This document shows, in pieces, positions 9,433-20,148 of a stretch of DNA of 64,000 nucleotides. Where the stretch lies: contig CM039005.1 of NCBI GenBank assembly GCA_017499595.2, positions 1 to 64,000 on the forward strand, read 5' to 3'. Made by a program: the position numbers and the translations under genes. The stretch is from Psilocybe cubensis (lineage: Eukaryota). Position 1 is the first letter of the stretch; every line of letters starts with the position of its first letter. The notes beneath the pieces are model-generated. The model had not been told where the DNA came from and made no database searches. It saw only the letters and a list, made by a program, of their open reading frames with translations.

Positions 9433-10142
9433 AAAGAATACTAGCGCGTAAGGCGTAAAGCATTAGAAAAAAACCCTAACCGTAAGTATTCCTTGCTATA
9501 AAGAAACAAACATCTACTTACAAGCAACACTTTGGATTAAATAGCTAAACCTAAACCCTAAACCCTAAACCCTAAACCCTAACCTAACCCCAACCCTAAG
9601 CTAACTAAGTCTAACCTTAGTAGGAAGTAAGGTAGGCGTGTGAACTTCCGAACGGCATGTGATTGTGAAGGGCCGGATCTAATTTAGTACATGGGAAAAG
9701 TTACTTAGTACTTCGGGAAAAGTTCCTTAGTACCGTGGAAACATTTTTGATGGACCGGATCATGAACTGTCCAATTAAGATTCACAACAATCAATCATTC
9801 TATTATTTGATTGTTAGGTAAGGACCCAGGTAAGCTATTTATACTCTAGACATGTGAATATTCCCATGTCGCGGTTACTCGGAGCCACGTAACCAGAGTA
9901 ATCTATATCCATGTGATTCACATCACAGTCAATAACCCACGATGTCAAAGAACAAAAGTGTTGGATCCACTTTTGACAGGTTACCATGTGCCACATCGAC
10001 CCGTGACACTCTGTTCATCAGAGACCTGTCTAACTTGACAATAAACATTGACAGATTTGTGATAGTCGGTAAGATACATGACAGCTGCGCAGCATCACTT
10101 CACGCGCTGTCATCGGATGTCTAGAACATTCCTTCTAAAGAA

Positions 10143-10209
10143 TAGCCACTGAAGAGTCTATAAAGACGAAAGGGCTGGTTGTTGGGATCCCCCAACAGCC
10201 CTCTGGCCT
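10143..10209 (+). ncRNA. Type I hammerhead ribozyme, copy 4
   Basis: Core intact; distal stem I variant TGGCCT. Confidence 0.85.
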
Positions 10210-10277
10210 TCTTTCTATTTCAAACTCACAGTTTAAACTAGTCGCTCGCACCTCGCTTCGCTCGGTGCTCGCTCCCC

Positions 10278-10361
10278 CCCTAAACCCTAAACCCTAACCC
10301 TAAACCCTAAACCCTAAACCCTAAACCCTAAACCCTAAACCCTAAACCCTAAACCCTAACC
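10278..10361 (+). repeat. Interstitial telomeric tract (TAAACCC)n
   Basis: About 12 units with TAACCC variants, at a junction. Confidence 0.95.
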
Positions 10362-11026
10362 CTCTCTATTTGATGCGCGGTTATCCCGAAAACCTAGTCA
10401 TATCTTGGTGTAAGAAGAATATACAAGAACGTTGGGAAAAGCGATTCGCTTTACGAGTCGCAGAGCACGACGAATCCATTCTTGTACTTAAAACCAGATT
10501 TGATCAGGTATGGAATTGGTTTTCAGCTGCTGAACTTGGAAAAACTGTTACCGAGTACTGGTCGGCATGGTATGAACATGCCGAGAAAGGTTTGTATAGT
10601 GCAGACTCGTCCAGACCCCTTATCAAACCAGATCCAAATTACGTTCACGACCTCGATGATGTTCGCCCGGAGCTGTTCACACAGATCCTCGTGGACGGAG
10701 AAACTGAGTTCGTACCGGATTTGAGGAAGATAGGACTACTCGGAAGTCGTTGGATAGTATCGCGAAAACGCAATACTAATCTTTTCGACCTTGCAAATGT
10801 GTGGAAGAAAACAGTCTTTCGTAAACTGGATGAAGACATCGCTGAAAAAGGTGGTGTTGTTCCCGAAACTCAAAACGTTAATGAAACTTATCATTCTGCT
10901 TTAGTTGAAGCTGCTGAGCAGATAAGTATCGAAAGTGATAACGAGATAATACTTCATAGACGTTCAATCTCACAAGAGAGGGAACATCCAGAATTTGGCA
11001 GAATATCCAAATCTTACAACCGATGA
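10362..11026 (+). pseudogene. 5'-truncated PLE ORF (C-terminal ~220 aa)
   Basis: Matches 4387-5051; capped by the telomeric tract 10278-10361. Confidence 0.9.
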
Positions 11027-11741
11027 AAAGAATACTAGCGCTTAAGGCGTAAAGCATTAGAAAAAAACCCTAACCGTAAGTATTCCTTGCTATAAAGTAA
11101 CAAACATCTACTTACAAGCAACACATTGGATTTAATAGCTAAACCTAAACCTAAACCCTAAACCCTAAACCCTAAACCCTAACCTAACCCCAACCCTAAG
11201 CTAACTAAGTCTAACCTTAGTAGGAAGTAAGGTAGGCGTGTGAACTTCCGAACGGCATGTGATTGTGAAGGGCCGGATCTAATTTAGTACATGGGAAAAG
11301 TTACTTAGTACTTCGGGAAAAGTTCCTTAGTACCGTGGAAACATTTTTGATGGACCGGATCATGAACTGTCCAATTAAGATTCACAACAATCAATCATTC
11401 TATTGTTTGATTGTTAGGTAAGGACCCAGGTAAGTTATTTATACTCTAGACATGTGAATATTCCCATGTCGCGGTTACTCGGAGCCACGTAACCAGAGTA
11501 ATCTATATCCATGTGATTCACATCACAGTCAATAACCCACGATGTCAAAGAACAAAAGTGTTGGATCCACTTTTGACAGGTTACCATGTGCCACATCGAC
11601 CCGTGACACTCTGTTCATCAGAGACCTGTCTAACTTGACAATAAACATTGACAGATTTGTGATAGTCGGTAAGATACATGACAGCTGCGCAGCATCACTT
11701 CACGCGCTGTCATCGGATGTCTAGAACATTCCTTCTAAGAA

Positions 11742-11808
11742 TAGCCACTGAAGAGTCTATAAAGACGAAAGGGCTGGTTGTTGGGATCCCCCAACAGCCC
11801 TCTGGCTA
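11742..11808 (+). ncRNA. Type I hammerhead ribozyme, copy 5
   Basis: Same sequence as 632-698. Confidence 0.88.
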
Positions 11809-11911
11809 CTTTCCATTTAACTCCCAGTTTAAACTAGTCGCTCGCACCTCGCTTCGCTCGGTGCTCGCTCCCCCCCTAAACCCTAAACCCTAAACCCTAA
11901 ACCCCCCCTAA

Positions 11912-12585
11912 ACCTTAACGCTCTCTATTTGATGCGCGGTTATCCCGAAAACCTAGTCATGTCTTGGTGTAAGAAGAATATACAAGAACGTTGGGAAAAG
12001 CGATTCGCTTTACGAGTCGCAGAGCACGACGAATCCATTCTTGTACTTAAAACCAGATTTGATCAGGTATGGAATTGGTTTTCAGCTGCTGAACTTGGAA
12101 AGACTGTTACCGAGTACTGGTCGGCATGGTATGAACATGCCGAGAAAGGTCTGTATAGTGCAGACTCGTCCAGACCCCTTATCAAACCAGATCCAAATTA
12201 CGTTCACGACCTCGATGATGTTCGCCCGGAGCTGTTCACACAGATCCTCGTGGACGGAGAAACTGAGTTCGTACCGGATTTGAGGAAGATAGGACTACTC
12301 GGAAGTCGTTGGATAGTATCGCGAAAGCGCAATACTAATCTTTTCGACCTTGCAAATGTGTGGAAGAAAACAGTCTTTCGTAAACTGGATGAAAACATCG
12401 CTGAAAAAGGTGGTGTTGTTCCCGAAACTCAAAACGTTAATGAAACTTATCATTCTGCTCTAGTTGAAGCTGCTGAACAGATAAGTATCGAAAGTGATAA
12501 CGAGATAATACTTCATAGACGTTCAACCTCACAAGAGAGGGAACATCCAGAATTCGGCAGAATATCCAAATCTTACAACCGATGA
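11912..12585 (+). pseudogene. 5'-truncated PLE ORF (C-terminal ~220 aa)
   Basis: Matches the 3' end of copy 2 (VMSW and DENI variants). Confidence 0.9.
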
Positions 12586-13294
12586 AAAGAATACTAGCGC
12601 GTAAGGCGTAAAGCATTAGAAAAAAACCCTAACCGTAAGTATTCCTTGCTATAAAGTAACAAACATCTACTTACAAGCAACACTTTGGATTAAATAGCTA
12701 AACCTAAACCCTAAACCCTAAACCCTAAACCCTAACCTAACCCCAACCCTAAGCTAACTAAGTCTAACCTTAGTAGGAAGTAAGGTAGGCGTGTGAACTT
12801 CCGAACGGCATGTGATTGTGAAGGGCCGGATCTAATTTAGTACATGGGAAAAGTTACTTAGTACTTCGGGAAAAGTTCCTTAGTACCGTGGAAACATTTT
12901 TGATGGACCGGATCATGAACTGTCCAATTAAGATTCACAACAATCAATCATTCTATTGTTTGATTGTTAGGTAAGGACCCAGGTAAGCTATTTATACTCT
13001 AGACATGTGAATATTCCCATGTCGCGGTTACTCGGAGCCACGTAACCAGAGTAATCTATATCCATGTGATTCACATCACAGTCAATAACCCACGATGTCA
13101 AAGAACAAAAGTGTTGGATCCACTTTTGACAGGTTACCATGTGCCACATCGACCCGTGGCACTCTGTTCATCAGAGACCTGTCTAACTTGACAATAAACA
13201 TTGACAGATTTGTGATAGTCGGTAAGATACATGACAGCTGCGCAGCATCACTTCACGCGCTGTCATCGGATGTCTAGAACATTCCTTCTAAGAA

Positions 13295-13361
13295 TAGCCA
13301 CTGAAGAGTCTATAAAGACGAAAGGGCTGGTTGTTGGGATCCCCCAACAGCCCTCTGGCTT
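13295..13361 (+). ncRNA. Type I hammerhead ribozyme, copy 6
   Basis: Core intact; stem I 3' variant TGGCTT. Confidence 0.85.
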
Positions 13362-13433
13362 CTTTCCATTTTAACTCCCAGTTTAAACTAGTCGCTCGCA
13401 CCTCGCTTCGCTCGGTGCTCGCTCCCCCCCTAA

Positions 13434-14107
13434 ACCTTAACGCTCTCTATTTGATGCGCGGTTATCCCGAAAACCTAGTCATGTCTTGGTGTAAGAAGAA
13501 TATACAAGAACGTTGGGAAAAGCGATTTGCTTTACGAGTCGCAGAGCACGACGAATCCATTCTTGTACTTAAAACCAGGTTTGATCAGGTATGGAATTGG
13601 TTTTCAGCTGCTGAACTTGGAAAGACTATTACCGAGTACTGGTCGGCATGGTATGAACATGCCGAGAAAGATCTGTATAGTGCAGACTCGTCCAGACCCC
13701 TTATCAAACCAGATCCAAATTACGTTCACGACCTCGATGATGTTCGCCCGGAGCTGTTCACACAGATCCTCGTGGACGGAGAAACTGAGTTCGTACCGGA
13801 TTTGAGGAAGATAGGACTACTCGGAAGTCGTTGGATAGTATCGCGAAAGCGCAATACTAATCTTTTCGACCTTGCAAATGTGTGGAAGAAAACAGTCTTT
13901 CGTAAACTGGATGAAGACATCGCTGAAAAAGGTGGTGTTGTTCCCGAAACTCAAAACGTTAATGAAACTTATCATTCTGCTTTAGTTGAAGCTGCTGAAC
14001 AGATAAGTATCGAAAGTGATAACGAGATAATACTTCATAGACGTTCAATCTCACAAGAGAGGGAACATCCAGAATTCGGCAGAATATCCAAATCTTACAA
14101 CCGATGA
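13434..14107 (+). pseudogene. 5'-truncated PLE ORF (C-terminal ~220 aa)
   Basis: Joined directly to the upstream unit at TAAACC|TTAAC with no extra telomeric repeats. Confidence 0.9.
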
Positions 14108-14815
14108 AAAGAATACTAGCGCGTAAGGCGTAAAGCATTAGAAAAAAACCCTAACCGTAAGTATTCCTTGCTACAAAGTAACAAACATCTACTTACAAGC
14201 AACACATTGGATTAAATAGCTAAACCTAAACCTAAACCCTAAACCCTAAACCCTAAGCCCTAACCTAACCCCAACCCTAAGCTAACTAAGTCTAACCTTA
14301 GTAGGAAGTAAGGTAGGCGTGTGAACTTCCGAAAGGCATGTGATTGTGAAGGGCCGGATCTAATTTAGTACATGGGAAAAGTTACTTAGTACCTCGGGAA
14401 AAGTTCCTTAGTACCGTGGAAACATTTTTGATGGACCGGATCATGAACTGTCCAATTAAGATTCACAACAATCAATCAATTGATTGTTAGGTAAGGACCC
14501 AGGTAAGCTATTTATACTCTTGACATGAGAATATTCCCATGTCACGGTTACTCGGAGCCACGTAACCAGAGTATTTTATATCCATGTGATTCACATCACA
14601 GTCAATAACCCACGATGTCAAAGAACAAAAGTGTTGGATCCACTTTTGACAGGTTACCATGTGCCACATCGACCCGTGACACTCTGTTCATCAGAGATCT
14701 ATCTAACTTGACAATAAACATTGACAGATTTGTGATAGTCGGTAAGATACATGACAGCTGCGCAGCATCACTTCACGCGCTGTCATCGGATGTTCCAGAA
14801 CATTCCTTCTAAGAA

Positions 14816-14882
14816 TAGCCACTGAAGAGTCTATAAAGACGAAAGGGCTGGCTGCTGATAACAATCAACAGCTCTCTGGCTA
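14816..14882 (+). ncRNA. Type I hammerhead ribozyme, copy 7 (variant stem III)
   Basis: Core intact; the stem III tip TGGG-ATCC-CCCA is replaced by TGAT-AACA-ATCA, which keeps pairing. Confidence 0.88.
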
Positions 14883-14947
14883 CTTTCCATTTAACTCACA
14901 GTTTAAATTAGTCGCTCGCACCTCGCTTCGCTCGGTGCTCGCTCCCC

Positions 14948-14997
14948 CCCTAAACCCTAAACCCTAAACCCTAAACCCTAAACCCTAAACCCTAAAC
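14948..14997 (+). repeat. Interstitial telomeric tract (TAAACCC)n
   Basis: About 7 units at a junction. Confidence 0.95.
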
Positions 14998-15633
14998 ATC
15001 TACTTACAAGCAACACATTGGATTGAATAGCTAAACCTAAACCTAAACCCTAAACCCTAAACCCTAAGCCCTAACCTAACCCCAACCCTAAGCTAACTAA
15101 GTCTAACCTTAGTAGGAAGTAAGGTAGGCGTGTGAACTTCCGAACGGCATGTGATTGTGAAGGGCCGGATCTAATTTAGTACATGGGAAAAGTTACTTAG
15201 TACTTCGGGAAAAGTTCCTTAGTACCGTGGAAACATTTTTGATGGACCGGATCATGAACTGTCCAATTAAGATTCACAACAATCAATCATTCTATTGTTT
15301 GATTGTTAGGTAAGGACCCAGGTAAGCTATTTATACTCTAGACATGTGAATATTCCCATGTCGCGGTTACTCGGAGCCACGTAACCAGAGTAATCTATAT
15401 CCATGTGATTCACATCACAGTCAATAACCCACGATGTCAAAGAACAAAAGTGTTGGATCCACTTTTGACAGGTTACCATGTGCCACATCGACCCGTGACA
15501 CTCTGTTCATCAGAGACCTGTCTAACTTGACAATAAACATTGACAGATTTGTGATAGTCGGTAAGATACATGACAGCTGCGCAGCATCACTTCACGCGCT
15601 GTCATCGGATGTCTAGAACATTCCTTCTAAGAA

Positions 15634-15700
15634 TAGCCACTGAAGAGTCTATAAAGACGAAAGGGCTGGTTGTTGGGATCCCCCAACAGCCCTCTGGCCT
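15634..15700 (+). ncRNA. Type I hammerhead ribozyme, copy 8
   Basis: Core intact; TGGCCT variant. Confidence 0.85.
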
Positions 15701-15805
15701 TCTTTCCATTTAACTCACAGTTTAAACAAGTCGCTCGCACCTCGCTTCGCTCGGTGCTCGCTCCCCCCCTAAACCCAACGACTTTGCTATTACCCAACAG
15801 CTACC

Positions 15806-18800
15806 ATGTCTTCCACTTACTCTGCTGCCTTCTCTCGTGCCATGTCCCCCACCCTGGACGCACTCACCCAGGCTGTCGTCAACAACACAGTTTTTGGCGT
15901 CAACGACGAAGCTGGCCGCCACAACGCCCTCATCGACGAGTTGGCCACTGTCGTCATCAAGAAAATAGCTGAGTGCCGCTCCATTGACCAGATTGTAGAC
16001 TGCGTCTTTTTTGACTATCGTGCTGCCCTTAGGGAGTTTCTCCTCAACCTCGCATCGTGGTGCGATAAGAGGGAAACAGTCAAGGCTAGCCTCGAGCGCC
16101 TTGAACTTGCCGTTAGCGCAGGCAACACCCCCAATCGCCTTCGGGTGAAGGCTCCCGAGTTCCAACTTACGAAGGAATTCGCGGATGCCGGGTCAGCGGA
16201 AGCTCTTCGAGTTTCCTCTACGTTCTCCACCGCTCGTGATGTCTTCCAAAAGGCAATCAACGACGGCGCCATTCAGGCGAAAAAGGACGAACTGGCCTTT
16301 TGGGATGATAAATGCGCACTCAATAACTGTTATGAAGCTGCTGCCCTCATCGTTAAGACAACTTACGATGATCGCAAATCCAGCTATAAGCTCCCCGTTT
16401 TCTCTACAGACAACAAGGGAGTTCGTCGAATAACAGATTGGGTAGTGTCACCGCAGAAGAAGGCTGAATGCAGCGCATTGCAAACCATTTTGCCAGCCAT
16501 CTTCTCTCATATCAAACAGATTGTCAACTTGCGCCACCGCGCTTTGGCAATCAAGATTGAGAAAAAGCGGTCGACTGCGGCAACAGCCGATGTCGAGATG
16601 GCCGATGCGACCAAACCAGGTCCATCGATTCAATCCCTTATTGATAAGGGCTTGAATGCACGTCTCAAGAAGCTCAACCTTGGATCTGTGGGCAAGAAGG
16701 CAAGTTCTCGTAACCCTTCACCCATAATTCTGGATACTAATTACTATTCTAATTACCCAGACTTTGTCTGGCCAGAATTCGTCCAAGGCTCCTCAACCTC
16801 AGGCCAAGAAAGCTGGCCCTTCGAAATTCAAACCCTCGTCGACGCCTTCGCAGAAGAAGCCCCAAACCAAGGCTTCCAACAAGGTCGACAACAAGAAGAA
16901 AGGGAAGGGGAGAGCCCCCGTCAAGAACGATCCAAAGGGAAAGGGAAAGGCAAGAGCCTAGACGCGCGGTCTAATGTAGTACCTTTTACGTCGGTAAGAC
17001 CCGCCTTCCCCAACTCTATTCCTGACGATATACTCACCATGACTAAAACAGACGCAGTTTCTTTTGTACACTTACATACGCCGATCTCATTCTTGTTGGC
17101 TGGCCAGTATCGTAGTAGTGTACACTGTAGTCCTGGTGTGGTGGTCCCTGTAGATATAGCAAATGATTTGTCGCTCGGACTCAATTATATGTTTTTTACT
17201 CTGCCTTCTCAAAGTCTGATCATGCAAGCATGGAATGATTTTCAACGAAGAATAAGATGGCGTATCTATTTTTTGTTTAAGGAAGGCATGAACAAACCTT
17301 TTGATCCAGATTACGGAGTAAGCTCAAAAAAGAAAGAGAAACCTCCAGTATTACCGCAATACATGGAACTTGGCCTTTCGATGGGACGTCGGTACGTGCA
17401 ACGCACGATCGCAAGTATCCCGGAAGAAGCCCTTACGGAGATGCGAAAGCACGCGTTCTCTCCTAAAAGGGACAAGATCCGTAAGTTTCTTATCGATAAC
17501 AACTATGTTATTACGATGACAGATAAGAATCTTGGCCTCGCGGTGTCTGAACGCGACTGGATATTAAGGAATGAGCTCAATCTTCTTGAAGATGAACGCA
17601 ATTACGAAGAGTTAGAATTCGAAGTTGCACAAGAAGTTATGAAGAGCAAAATGATTCAGATGCAAACGCTCGCACGTACTGTCGAAGATGAACATCTGTT
17701 TCTATTTGAACTTGGGTTGTCTCGATTCTTTCTATCGAATGTACCGGAAGACGGATCATTGTTCAAGTATCCTCAATTTCATGGTATACCTAAAATCCAT
17801 AAAAAACCTACTGGATTTAGGCCCATAATTCCGTGTCACTCTGTAGTATTTAATCCTGCAGCCAAGTTTGTATCAAAAGAGCTTAAGCCGATTATTAAAT
17901 CGACTCCTTCAATCATTCACGGAACGAAGGATCTCTTTACGAGATTAAGCCAATTGCGTATAGACCCCAAACGACAATGGTACTTTGTCACCGGGGATGT
18001 AGTCGCTTTCTATCCCAATATTCCGTTGGACTTGTGCATCGAAATCGTTTGTAGTATGTACGAGGAATGGTTACTCAACGCTTCGGAAGAAAACACTGCA
18101 TTAGCCCATGTTAATCCAAATTCGTTAGAGAATAACTTGGTTAAATTGGGCATCTTTAAACGTGCTATCGAGATTGGCAATACGCAATTGATAACACAAC
18201 ATGGGTCTAGATATTTTAGACAAAAAAATGGCCTCGCAATGGGCGTCGCGGATTCTCCGGACCTTGCTAACCTCTTTGGAGCCCATTTTGAAATAAAGTC
18301 AAAAATCTTAGACCACCCAAACGTGGCCTTCTATGGAAGGTACATCGACGATTGTTTCGCAATTGTTTACGCCGAGTCCGAAGCACTTGCACTTAATCTT
18401 ATTAAAGAAACAATAAAGTTCGATGGTTGTGTTATCGAATGGGCTGTTTCCTCGTCGGGATGTCAATTTCTCGATGCTTTCATATTCAAGGAGTCTGGAA
18501 AACTTCATTGGAAGCCATTTGTCAAGACAGGAAACAACCGAGAACGAGTTCCATGGGTATCACATCATCCTTTGGACGTCAAACGTGGCGTCTACATTGG
18601 AGAGTTATCCAGGTTAGCCGTGCTATGTAGTACCAAGGAAATCTACATCGGAGCAATTAGAGACCTTAACGCTCTCTATTTGATGCGCGGTTATCCCGAA
18701 AACCTAGTCATGTCTTGGTGTAAGAAGAATATACAAGAACGTTGGGAAAAGCGATTCGCTTTACGAGTCGCAGAGCACGACGAATCCATTCTTGTACTTA

Positions 18801-19336
18801 AAACCAGGTTTGATCAGGTATGGAATTGGTTTTCAGCTGCTGAACTTGGAAAAACTGTTACCGAGTACTGGTCGGCATGGTATGAACATGCCGAGAAAGG
18901 TCTGTATAGTGCAGACTCGTCCAGACCCCTTATCAAACCAGATCCAAATTACATTCACGACCTCGATGATGTTCGCCCGGAGCTGTTCACACAGATCCTC
19001 GTGGACGGAGAAACTGAGTTTGTACCGGATTTGAGGAAGATAGGACTACTCGGAAGTCGTTGGATAGTATCGCGAAAACGCAATACTAATCTTTTCGACC
19101 TTGCAAATGTGTGGAAGAAAACAGTTTTTCGTAAACTGGATGAAGACATCGCTGAAAAAGGTGGTGTTGTTCCCGAAACTCAAAACGTTAATGAAACTTA
19201 TCATTCTGCTCTAGTTGAAGCTGCTGAACAGATAAGTATCGAAAGTGATAACGAGATAATACTTCATAGACGTTCAATCTCACAAGAGAGGGAACATCCA
19301 GAATTCGGCAGAATATCCAAATCTTACAACCGATGA
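15806..19336 (+). CDS. PLE ORF1-RT fusion, 1176 aa (proximal full-length copy)
   Basis: Intact ORF with the same RT motifs; GC-AG intron conserved at 16700-16760. Confidence 0.92.
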   Translation: MSSTYSAAFSRAMSPTLDALTQAVVNNTVFGVNDEAGRHNALIDELATVVIKKIAECRSIDQIVDCVFFDYRAALREFLLNLASWCDKRETVKASLERLELAVSAGNTPNRLRVKAPEFQLTKEFADAGSAEALRVSSTFSTARDVFQKAINDGAIQAKKDELAFWDDKCALNNCYEAAALIVKTTYDDRKSSYKLPVFSTDNKGVRRITDWVVSPQKKAECSALQTILPAIFSHIKQIVNLRHRALAIKIEKKRSTAATADVEMADATKPGPSIQSLIDKGLNARLKKLNLGSVGKKASSRNPSPIILDTNYYSNYPDFVWPEFVQGSSTSGQESWPFEIQTLVDAFAEEAPNQGFQQGRQQEEREGESPRQERSKGKGKGKSLDARSNVVPFTSVRPAFPNSIPDDILTMTKTDAVSFVHLHTPISFLLAGQYRSSVHCSPGVVVPVDIANDLSLGLNYMFFTLPSQSLIMQAWNDFQRRIRWRIYFLFKEGMNKPFDPDYGVSSKKKEKPPVLPQYMELGLSMGRRYVQRTIASIPEEALTEMRKHAFSPKRDKIRKFLIDNNYVITMTDKNLGLAVSERDWILRNELNLLEDERNYEELEFEVAQEVMKSKMIQMQTLARTVEDEHLFLFELGLSRFFLSNVPEDGSLFKYPQFHGIPKIHKKPTGFRPIIPCHSVVFNPAAKFVSKELKPIIKSTPSIIHGTKDLFTRLSQLRIDPKRQWYFVTGDVVAFYPNIPLDLCIEIVCSMYEEWLLNASEENTALAHVNPNSLENNLVKLGIFKRAIEIGNTQLITQHGSRYFRQKNGLAMGVADSPDLANLFGAHFEIKSKILDHPNVAFYGRYIDDCFAIVYAESEALALNLIKETIKFDGCVIEWAVSSSGCQFLDAFIFKESGKLHWKPFVKTGNNRERVPWVSHHPLDVKRGVYIGELSRLAVLCSTKEIYIGAIRDLNALYLMRGYPENLVMSWCKKNIQERWEKRFALRVAEHDESILVLKTRFDQVWNWFSAAELGKTVTEYWSAWYEHAEKGLYSADSSRPLIKPDPNYIHDLDDVRPELFTQILVDGETEFVPDLRKIGLLGSRWIVSRKRNTNLFDLANVWKKTVFRKLDEDIAEKGGVVPETQNVNETYHSALVEAAEQISIESDNEIILHRRSISQEREHPEFGRISKSYNR

Positions 19337-19999
19337 AAAGAATACTAGCGCGTAAGGCGTAAAGCATTAGAAAAAAACCCTAACCGTAAGTATTCCTTGC
19401 TACAAAGTAACAAACATCTACTTACAAGCAACACATTGGATTAAATAGCTAAACCTAAACCTAAACCCTAAACCCTAAACCCTAAGCCCTAACCTAACCC
19501 CAACCCTAAGCTAACTAAGTCTAACCTTAGTAGGAAGTAAGGTAGGCGTGTGAACTTCCGAACGGCATGTGATTGTGAAGGGCCGGATCTAATTTAGTAC
19601 ATGGGAAAAGTTACTTAGTACTTCGGGAAAAGTTCCTTAGTACCGTGGAAACATTTTTGATGGACCGGATCATGAACTGTCCAATTAAGATTCACAACAA
19701 TCAATCAGTCTATTGTTTGATTGTTAGGTAAGGACCCAGGTAAGCTATTTATACTCTAGACATGTGAATATTCCCATGTCGCGGTTACTCGGAGCCACGT
19801 AACCAGAGTACTCTATATCCATGTGATTCACATCACAGTCAATAACCCACGATGTCAAAGAACAAAAGTGTTGGATCCATTTTTGACAGGTTACCATGTG
19901 CCACATTGACAGATTTGTGATAGTCGGTAAGATACATGACAGCTGCGCAGCATCACTTCACGCGCTGTCATCGGATGTCTAGAACATTCCTTCTAAGAA

Positions 20000-20066
20000 T
20001 AGCCACTGAAGAGTCTATAAAGACGAAAGGGCTGGTTGTTGGGATCCCCCAACAGCCCTCTGGCCT
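20000..20066 (+). ncRNA. Type I hammerhead ribozyme, copy 9
   Basis: Core intact; TGGCCT variant. Confidence 0.85.
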
Positions 20067-20148
20067 TCTTTCCATTTAACTCACAGTTTAAACAAGTCGC
20101 TCGCACCTCGCTTCGCTCGGTGCTCGCTCCCCCCCTAAACCCTAAACC

